DNA of 64,000 nucleotides from an uncultured Aquitalea sp. (GTDB lineage Bacteria; Pseudomonadota; Gammaproteobacteria; Burkholderiales; Chromobacteriaceae): NCBI RefSeq assembly GCF_945957525.1, contig NZ_CAMFLA010000021.1, positions 1 to 64,000 of the forward strand, read 5' to 3'. Shown piece by piece: positions 57,387 to 64,000 of this stretch (position 1 is its first letter; each line of letters starts with the position of its first letter). The notes under the pieces were generated by a model. It saw only the letters and a program-made list of their open reading frames with translations, ran no database searches and was not told where the DNA came from. The position numbers and the translations under genes were made by a program.

Positions 57387-57460
57387 ATTTATGGATGGCA
57401 AGATTTTTTGCTTGCTCCCGGCCTTCCTGCCGGCAAGTCAGCCCGACCGCAAGCGGGCCA

Positions 57461-60400
57461 TCAGACGCTGGCATCGTCCAGGCTGCGCCAGACGCCCTGT
57501 CTGCCCCACTCGGGCAACCAGGCTTCCAGCGCCTTGGGCGGCATGGGCTTCGCCACGCCGAAGCCCTGCACCAGGCTACAACCCATGCGGCGCAAAGCGG
57601 CGCCATGCGCCAGCGTCTCCACCCCTTCGGCAATCACCTGCCGCTGAAACACCTCCGCCAGCTGGATGACGCTGGCCACAATGCCCAGGTCATCCGCATC
57701 TGCCAGCATCCCCAGCACAAAACTCTGGTCGATTTTCAGGGTGTCCAGCGGCAGCTTGCGCAAATAGGTAAGCGAGGAATAACCCGTGCCAAAGTCGTCC
57801 AACGCAAAATGCACCCCCAGCGCCTTGCATTGCGTCAGCACCTGCAGCGCCAGATCCAGATCATCCAGCGCCGCCGACTCCAGCACTTCCAGCTCCAGCA
57901 AGGCCGGATTCAAGGCCGGGCAACATTGCAGGGCTTGTCGCAAATCGCCGTGGAAATCGGCATGCAAGAGATAGTTGGCGCTGACATTGATGCTGACCGC
58001 CAGATCCAGCCCTTGCTCCTGCCAGCGCGCAGCCTGCGCCACGCCCTCCTCCAGCACCCAGCGGCCAAAGGCAATCTCTAGCGGGCTGCCTTGCAAGACC
58101 GGCAAAAACTCGGCAGGCGTCAGCAGGCCGCGCTCGGGATGTTGCCAGCGGATGAGCGCTTCCACGCCGATGACGCGCCCATCGTCCAGATCCACCTTGG
58201 GTTGGTAATACAAGAGGAATTGCCGCTGGCCCAGCGCCAGCTCCAGCGCCGCCAGGGTCCGCCTGTGCAGCTGAGCCTTGCGGTCGCTTTCCGGATCAAA
58301 CAGCTGATAGCGGTTCTTGCCGGCCTCCTTGGCCTGATACATGGCCTGATCGGCATGTCGCAGCAAGGTATCCGCATCGGCATCGTCCTGCGGATAGAGC
58401 GTTACCCCGACACTGGCGCTGGCGCTGATGACGGCGCCGCCCAGTTCAACTTCCTGGCTCACGGCCGCCAGCACCCGATCCAGTATCGGGATGCACTCGT
58501 CGCTACCGTCCAGATCGGACAGCAGCAACACAAACTCGTCGCCGCCCAGCCGCGCCAGGGTGTCGTCGGCGCGCAGCACCGACTTCAGCCGTTCGGTAAC
58601 TGAAATCAGCAACTGGTCGCCCACGTCATGGCCATGCAGATCATTAATGCCTTTGAAGCCATCCAGGTCAAGAAAGCACACTGCGCTTACCTTGCCGCTG
58701 CGCCGGCTGCGAATCAGCGCCTGCTCCAGGCGGTCGGACAACAAGCGGCGGTTGGGCACATTGGTGAGCGGATCAAAATTGGCGATGCGATCCAGCTCGG
58801 CCTCATGCGCCTTCAACTGGGTGATGTCGGAAAAAATACCGATATAGTGCTGAATCTGCCCGTACTGATCGCGCACCACCGAGACGGACAGCAACTCAGC
58901 GTACAAGTCGCCGTTTTTACGCCGGTTCCATACTTCTCCACGCCAGAAATCGTGCTCAGCCACCAGGCTCCACAGTTCCTGATAGAAACCGGGGCCATGC
59001 AGACCGGACGACAACAGTTTCGGCGACCGACCGATCACCTCCTCTTCGGCATACCCGGTGATGCGGACAAATGCGCCGTTGACCTTGGTGATGAGCTTGG
59101 CTGGCGATACCACCATGATGCCTTCGTAGCTGCTGTCGAACACCACCGCGGCTTCCTTCTGCGCCAGGGCGTAAATCTTGTGCTCGGTGATGTCGGTGTG
59201 AGTGCCGGACACCATCAAGGGTCGATTCTGCTGGTCGCGTTCCACCACCCGTCCGCGAGACAGTATCCAGCGCCAGCCGCCCAGCTTGCTCAGGCAGCGC
59301 ATCTCCATTTCATAGGCGGGAGCAAGGCCGTCCAGATGCCGTTGCATGGCGGCCTCCACCAGAGGCCGATCCTCGGGATGAATATGCTCCAGCCACACTT
59401 GCCGGGTGATTTCCCGGCTGTCCGGCGCATAACCCAGCATGGCCTTCCAGCGAGCGCTGACTTCAAACGCCTCGGTCTGGACATTCCAGTCCCAATAGCC
59501 CTGATCAGAGCCCTCAATCACCCGCGCCAATTGCTGCTCGCGCGCTTGCAGAATGCGCTCCGCGGCCTTTTTCTCGGTCAGATCGCGACCGAAAGCCATA
59601 TAGCGCCCGTCCTGCATGTGGACAGTGGTCAGTTCGGCCACAACAACCCCGCCGTCCAGACGGCCCAGCGTCCATTCGCTGCGAATGAAGCGCTGACGCT
59701 CCAGCTGCTGCAAATGGGCCGGCAAGGCGTCCCTGCAGGAGGGCGCCAGCAGCTGCTCGATATGCATTTGCCGCAATTGCTCTTGCGTGTGGCCGGTCAT
59801 GCGGCAAGCCGACGGGTTGGCGAACAGGTATTGGCCGTTTTCATCGGTAATCCAGATGGCGTCGCCGGCTTCGTTCAGGACGAAGCGCAAATCCTCATCA
59901 AGACGTCGCCGCTCCGTAATATCGGACAGAGTGCCAACCAGGCGCAGTGCATTGCCGGCCTCGTCACGCTCCACGGCGCGACCGCGTACCCGCACCCAGC
60001 GCACTTCCCCGGCGCGGGTATGGATGCGGATGTCGAACTCCATCAGGCTGCTCTCGCCGCGTTTGTGCTCTGCCAGCGCCTGTTGCCATACGGCGAGGTC
60101 ATCGGCATGCACCAGCCGCTTGAAGAATTCGATATCATGCGAATCCTCTTCCGGCCGATAGCCGGTCAAGGCGTAGTAGCGAGGGGAGCGATACACATAA
60201 CCGGTGCGCAAATCCCAATCCCAGAATCCATCACTGGTTGCACCCACCACTTGCTGCAAGCGGCGCTCGCTGCCTTGCAACTGCATGGTCAGCGCCATGC
60301 GCTCACTGATATCCTGCACCGTACCGTGCAAGGCAATGATCTTGCCCTCATCATCGCGCGTCGCCTCGCCTCGCGCCGTGATCCAGCGTCGCTCTCCATC

Positions 60401-61690
60401 CGGGCGCAACACTTCCGCATCGCACTGATAGGGCTGCCCGTCTTGCAGGCACTGCTCCACCGCCGAGGACAGTCCGGCCCACCCTTCTTCGGTGAAATAG
60501 CCGCGCACTTCCGGATAAACTGCCGCCGGCAAATCCGGATCGCGGCCATATATGCGGTAAATCTCATCAGACCATTCGTGGCGATCAGTCTGCAGATCCC
60601 AGCTCCAGTTGCCGATAGCGGCAAGGCGCTGGGCTGCGAGCAGATCATCCGCGCTGTCTTTGAGTTTTTGCTCGCTCGCTTTCTGCAGGCTGATATCGCG
60701 CGAAATGCCGAACAAACCCACCACCTGGCCCTCTGCGCTGAACACCGGCCCCTTGCTCACCAGAAATGTCAGCGCCGACCCGTCTTTCAGTCGCAGGAAT
60801 TCTTCATGCGTATCCACTTTGCCGGCCTGCATGATGTCGGCATCCAACGCCATCAGCTGCGCGGCGGAGCTCTCATCGAACAGGGCGCGGTCGTCCTGGC
60901 CAAGTATCTCGCTGACTGGGCGGCCGACAATCCGCGCCGCGCCTTCATTCACCATCAAGTAGCGGCCCTGCCGGTCCTTGACGAAGACGGCATCCGAGGT
61001 GCCCGACACCACAGCATCCAGTAAATTTCGGTGCGTCTCGTTGCGCTCGGCCAGTTGCCGCAACAAGCCGCTGAACAGGCTGACCGCACCGCCGCACAGG
61101 GCAAAAAACCCCCACTGCAAGGCCACGGCGGGCTCTGCGGCTGCGCTGTGAAAATGCGGCGACGCCATCCAGTCAAGCCCGAGCATGGCCAGCGCAGTGG
61201 CCAGCAAGCCCGGCCCCACCCCGCCGAGCAAGGCACTGAGAATGACCGGCAGCATGAACATAATCAGCATGGGCCGCAAATAGACGTTCATCGGCAGCAT
61301 GTGCCGCACGCCCAATGCGGCAAGGGTAATGATCAGGGCAAAGAGATAGGCCAGCCAGACGGGAATGCGACCTTGCGACATGCGCTCCGCCCAACTTTCC
61401 AGCAGCTTTGCCGAAGCCGGGGATTCAGCTGGCGGCACCGCTCTCAGGGAGAAATACAACATCACCGCTGTACACAGCACAAAGACAAAACCTTTGTATG
61501 TGGACAGTGCGACGATGGTGTCAGGATCGGCGAACAGCTTGAGCAAGCTGTCGGAAAGCAGTATCCAGAGCATGGCCAGCGCGCAGTATGCGAGCACCAC
61601 CAAGCGGATGAAACGAGTTCGCGCAGGAGCAACCATGCCAGCTATTGCCTTACCCGGTGATAGAACCATGTCGACTGTCGACCGCGCCAA
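57461..61690 (-). CDS. A 1409-aa sensory c-di-GMP turnover protein. It has an N-terminal polytopic membrane domain, multiple PAS/PAC domains, a GGDEF domain and an EAL domain.
   Basis: The GGDEF motif is RLGGDEFVLLL and the EAL motif is EALIRWQHPERG. The PAS repeats show the typical W..R..G signatures, and there are 5-6 N-terminal TM helices. The exact start is uncertain. Confidence 0.85.
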   Translation of the reverse strand: MARSTVDMVLSPGKAIAGMVAPARTRFIRLVVLAYCALAMLWILLSDSLLKLFADPDTIVALSTYKGFVFVLCTAVMLYFSLRAVPPAESPASAKLLESWAERMSQGRIPVWLAYLFALIITLAALGVRHMLPMNVYLRPMLIMFMLPVILSALLGGVGPGLLATALAMLGLDWMASPHFHSAAAEPAVALQWGFFALCGGAVSLFSGLLRQLAERNETHRNLLDAVVSGTSDAVFVKDRQGRYLMVNEGAARIVGRPVSEILGQDDRALFDESSAAQLMALDADIMQAGKVDTHEEFLRLKDGSALTFLVSKGPVFSAEGQVVGLFGISRDISLQKASEQKLKDSADDLLAAQRLAAIGNWSWDLQTDRHEWSDEIYRIYGRDPDLPAAVYPEVRGYFTEEGWAGLSSAVEQCLQDGQPYQCDAEVLRPDGERRWITARGEATRDDEGKIIALHGTVQDISERMALTMQLQGSERRLQQVVGATSDGFWDWDLRTGYVYRSPRYYALTGYRPEEDSHDIEFFKRLVHADDLAVWQQALAEHKRGESSLMEFDIRIHTRAGEVRWVRVRGRAVERDEAGNALRLVGTLSDITERRRLDEDLRFVLNEAGDAIWITDENGQYLFANPSACRMTGHTQEQLRQMHIEQLLAPSCRDALPAHLQQLERQRFIRSEWTLGRLDGGVVVAELTTVHMQDGRYMAFGRDLTEKKAAERILQAREQQLARVIEGSDQGYWDWNVQTEAFEVSARWKAMLGYAPDSREITRQVWLEHIHPEDRPLVEAAMQRHLDGLAPAYEMEMRCLSKLGGWRWILSRGRVVERDQQNRPLMVSGTHTDITEHKIYALAQKEAAVVFDSSYEGIMVVSPAKLITKVNGAFVRITGYAEEEVIGRSPKLLSSGLHGPGFYQELWSLVAEHDFWRGEVWNRRKNGDLYAELLSVSVVRDQYGQIQHYIGIFSDITQLKAHEAELDRIANFDPLTNVPNRRLLSDRLEQALIRSRRSGKVSAVCFLDLDGFKGINDLHGHDVGDQLLISVTERLKSVLRADDTLARLGGDEFVLLLSDLDGSDECIPILDRVLAAVSQEVELGGAVISASASVGVTLYPQDDADADTLLRHADQAMYQAKEAGKNRYQLFDPESDRKAQLHRRTLAALELALGQRQFLLYYQPKVDLDDGRVIGVEALIRWQHPERGLLTPAEFLPVLQGSPLEIAFGRWVLEEGVAQAARWQEQGLDLAVSINVSANYLLHADFHGDLRQALQCCPALNPALLELEVLESAALDDLDLALQVLTQCKALGVHFALDDFGTGYSSLTYLRKLPLDTLKIDQSFVLGMLADADDLGIVASVIQLAEVFQRQVIAEGVETLAHGAALRRMGCSLVQGFGVAKPMPPKALEAWLPEWGRQGVWRSLDDASV

Positions 61691-61947
61691 GGAGGCGGCT
61701 CAGTCAACGCAGGATGAATCATGCAAAAAGCAATCCACTTTGCATTTCTATCAAAAAAACCATCCAGTCGAAAGTGATTCGCTCAGAAAAACGGCATCAC
61801 AACACAAAAACACCACGCACTGAGCATAGCTGACCGCCGGGATCGATGCAGACAAGCCGATACGCTGAAGAGTAGCGCGGGCACGGGAAATAATGATGGG
61901 GGGATGGCGCGAGAGCGCTCAGAGAAGAAAAGCGAGAAAATTCAGGG

Positions 61948-62032
61948 TGGTGCGAGCGGGGAGACTCGAACTCCCACACCTTACGGCGCTGGAACCTAAA
62001 TCCAGTGCGTCTACCAATTCCGCCACGCTCGC
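61948..62032 (-). tRNA. tRNA-Leu (anticodon UAG), 85 nt with a long variable arm.
   Basis: The acceptor stem is GCGAGCG/CGCUCGC. The anticodon stem-loop is CTGGA-TTTAGGT-TCCAG. The T-arm is GGTTCGAGTCC, and the CCA end is encoded. Confidence 0.85.
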
Positions 62033-62200
62033 ATTCGTCTTGAAACCGGGCGCTGTCGTCCCGATCTGGAGAAGAGGCAGCGACTATACCCCATCATCCT
62101 GTTGCTTACAAGTAGCGACAAGGACTGAACCATATTGGGTGAAAACTGTCAGAATGCCGTGTTTCACCCAACAACAACGTTCACATAGAGAGAGGACGCC

Positions 62201-62890
62201 ATGCAACCTAATTTCCAGACCAGTTACGGCACGGGCTCGGTAGCCGGGTCGCGCAACAAGGTGCTGCGCAACACCTACGGGCTGCTGGGCTTGTCCATGA
62301 TCCCCACTGTCATCGGCGCGCTGATAGGCACCAATATGAGCTTCGCCTTTCTGGCCGGCAGCCCCATCCTCGGCATGCTGATGATCATGGCCGTGTTCTA
62401 CGGCCTAGTGTTCGCCATCGAAAAGAATCGCAATAATTCGCTGGGCGTTTTCCTGATGCTGGGCTTCACGCTGATGATGGGCCTGCTGCTTGGCCCCTTG
62501 CTGCAGTTTGCCCTGCGCTTTTCCAACGGCGGCCAGCTGATCATGGTGGCCGGCGCGGCCACTGCGCTGGTATTCATGGTGATGGCGGGCATTGCCAGCA
62601 CCACCAAGCGCGATCTATCCGGCATGGGCAACTTCCTCACCGTCGGCGCCATCGTTCTGATGGTGGCGGTAGTGGCCAACATGTTCCTGCAAATGCCGGG
62701 CATGCAACTGGCTATCGCCGCCGCATTCGCCCTGTTCAGCTCGCTGATGATCCTGTGGCAGGTAAAAGTGGTTATCGACGGCGGCGAAACCAGCTATGTC
62801 TCCGCTGCGCTGTCAATCTACATCAGCATCTACAATCTCTTCACCAGCCTGCTGCAACTGCTGCTGGCTTTCGGCGGCGAGCGCGATTGA
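62201..62890 (+). CDS. Bax inhibitor-1/YccA family membrane protein.
   Basis: It has seven TM segments and a BI-1 family profile (..NTYGLLGLSM..). The SD is GAGAGAGGA. Confidence 0.8.
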   Translation: MQPNFQTSYGTGSVAGSRNKVLRNTYGLLGLSMIPTVIGALIGTNMSFAFLAGSPILGMLMIMAVFYGLVFAIEKNRNNSLGVFLMLGFTLMMGLLLGPLLQFALRFSNGGQLIMVAGAATALVFMVMAGIASTTKRDLSGMGNFLTVGAIVLMVAVVANMFLQMPGMQLAIAAAFALFSSLMILWQVKVVIDGGETSYVSAALSIYISIYNLFTSLLQLLLAFGGERD

Positions 62891-62965
62891 TCATTGCCCG
62901 CTCCAAAACAAAAAGCGCCCATCATGGGCGCTTTTTTCTTGCCGGCGATGTGGCGGCAGGCCAGA

Positions 62966-64000
62966 TCAAAGCGGCAACCACTCTGGCCAGCAGCCACCCT
63001 CTTCCATCACATCGCAGGCAACGGCAATGCCGGGCACCGCCAGCAAACGATCGTCCGGACCAAACAGCAAGGGCCAGCCGGCGCGCAAGGGTGCCGGTAC
63101 GCCCGCCTCCTGAAACAGCTTGCGCACCTCCTTCAAGCCACTTGACTGACGCAGGCGCTCTCCGCCCTGGCGAGGCCGCAATTCAAAACCCGCCGCCAGC
63201 AGCGTCTTCGGCAAACCTTTGCCCATTCGCCAGCACAATATCCCACCCCAACCCGGTGCGATTTGCCGAGGCGAGCCTTCGCCATCCCACTGCATGGCGC
63301 TGACGGGCCCTGGACCAGCCAGGCGGCACAGCATCAGACGGTCGCGATAGCGCAGCAGGCAGTGATCTCCCAGCTTGAGCAAAGGCGTTGCTGTCGCGTT
63401 TGCGCTTGCCAATTGACGTAGAAACTCTTGCAAGGCATCCGGTGCGGGTTGCAGCATCGTCCGCTCTTTCAGCCAGCGAACCAGCACAAAGCCGCGTCGA
63501 GCCGACGACAAGGCCAACAGCGCCGGCGCTGACAGGCCGTCATCGCAACGGCAAGCGGCCAAATCAGCCTCGGCCACCTCATCCAGCACAGCAGCAGCCT
63601 CGCTCAGCTGCCAGGCCGAGCGAGCCATGTGCGCCGGATAGTCGGGCAAGTAGTCGGCAAGACGAGGCAGGATTTCGTGACGCAGGAAGTTGCGGCGAAA
63701 ACGGGTATCGACATTGCTGTCGTCTTCCACCCAAGACAAACCCCGCTCAAGGGCGAACCGTTCCAGATCCGCCCGCCCCACATCCAGCAAGGGCCGCCAG
63801 TACCAGCGCGAACCGGACTCGCGCAGAGCAGGCATGCCGGCCAATGCATGCGCGCCGCCGCCCCGAAGCAATTGCAGCAACTGGGTTTCGCACTGATCGT
63901 CCCGATGATGCGCCAGCACGGTCACGTTGGCCGAAGCCTTGTCAAATGCCGCATAGCGGGCCATGCGGGCGGCTGCTTCAATGCCCAGCCCGCCATGGCG
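62966..64000 (-). CDS. tilS: tRNA(Ile)-lysidine synthetase, C-terminal and central portion. The 5' end of the gene lies beyond the window edge.
   Basis: The TilS substrate-binding and C-terminal domains are present (..HHRDDQCETQLLQLLRGGG..), and the ORF is open to the window end. Confidence 0.7.
   Translation of the reverse strand, partial: RHGGLGIEAAARMARYAAFDKASANVTVLAHHRDDQCETQLLQLLRGGGAHALAGMPALRESGSRWYWRPLLDVGRADLERFALERGLSWVEDDSNVDTRFRRNFLRHEILPRLADYLPDYPAHMARSAWQLSEAAAVLDEVAEADLAACRCDDGLSAPALLALSSARRGFVLVRWLKERTMLQPAPDALQEFLRQLASANATATPLLKLGDHCLLRYRDRLMLCRLAGPGPVSAMQWDGEGSPRQIAPGWGGILCWRMGKGLPKTLLAAGFELRPRQGGERLRQSSGLKEVRKLFQEAGVPAPLRAGWPLLFGPDDRLLAVPGIAVACDVMEEGGCWPEWLPL

Noticed and set aside
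57183..57401. A HemP start at the ORF-track position 57401.
   Set aside because: The codon there is TTG, and that start would place the consensus Fur box inside the coding sequence. The ATG at 57365 directly downstream of the box is preferred.
1..64000. CRISPR arrays, prophage or integrase modules, toxin-antitoxin pairs and restriction-modification genes.
   Set aside because: No direct-repeat arrays, integrase or recombinase genes, or methylase, nuclease or small paired-ORF signatures were seen. The only mobile DNA is the IS fragment at the left edge.

Overview
This is a high-GC (about 65%) chromosomal window from a betaproteobacterium, probably Chromobacteriaceae or a related Neisseriales lineage. 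That placement rests on a Neisseria-type trimeric porin, an exported lipoprotein LD-carboxypeptidase, and a hemP-hmuRSTUV hemin operon. In order, the window contains the following. (1) At the left edge, a truncated IS5-family (IS903-group) element whose transposase carries an in-frame amber codon. (2) cysDN, a HDOD+GAF signalling protein and an exported LD-carboxypeptidase. (3) At 6679-21731, a 15-kb, 13-gene minus-strand exopolysaccharide operon read through overlapping start and stop codons. Its gene order and protein sizes mirror the Pseudomonas aeruginosa psl locus, pslA through pslK, as recalled from memory rather than computed. The differences are an inserted hexapeptide acetyltransferase, no pslL-O equivalents, and a PslE-like co-polymerase with a degenerate P-loop. 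A 470-bp AT-rich leader region lies upstream. (4) A small membrane protein plus SPFH lipoprotein pair, lysE, argG-argF, a PLP-dependent Orn/Lys/Arg decarboxylase, dinG, a porin and map. (5) An isolated short flagellin-family gene followed by a perfect palindrome and rnk. (6) dnaB, sodB and ppiD, then tRNA-Asp and tRNA-Val, then the conserved hupB-lon-clpX-clpP-tig block with a sigma32-type promoter upstream of lon. (7) A soluble MCP and a FemAB/GNAT-like protein. (8) A Fur-box-controlled hemP-hmuR-hmuS-hmuT-hmuU-hmuV hemin uptake operon. (9) A 1409-aa membrane-anchored multi-PAS-GGDEF-EAL protein, tRNA-Leu, a BI-1 family protein, and the 3' part of tilS running off the right edge. Most of the long ORFs antisense to these genes are treated as GC-driven artefacts. 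There are no CRISPR arrays, integrases or obvious defence islands. The strongest candidate for an uncharacterised system is the Psl-like EPS operon with its atypical components and AT-rich control region. All coordinates follow the ORF-track convention, in which the stop codon is included.
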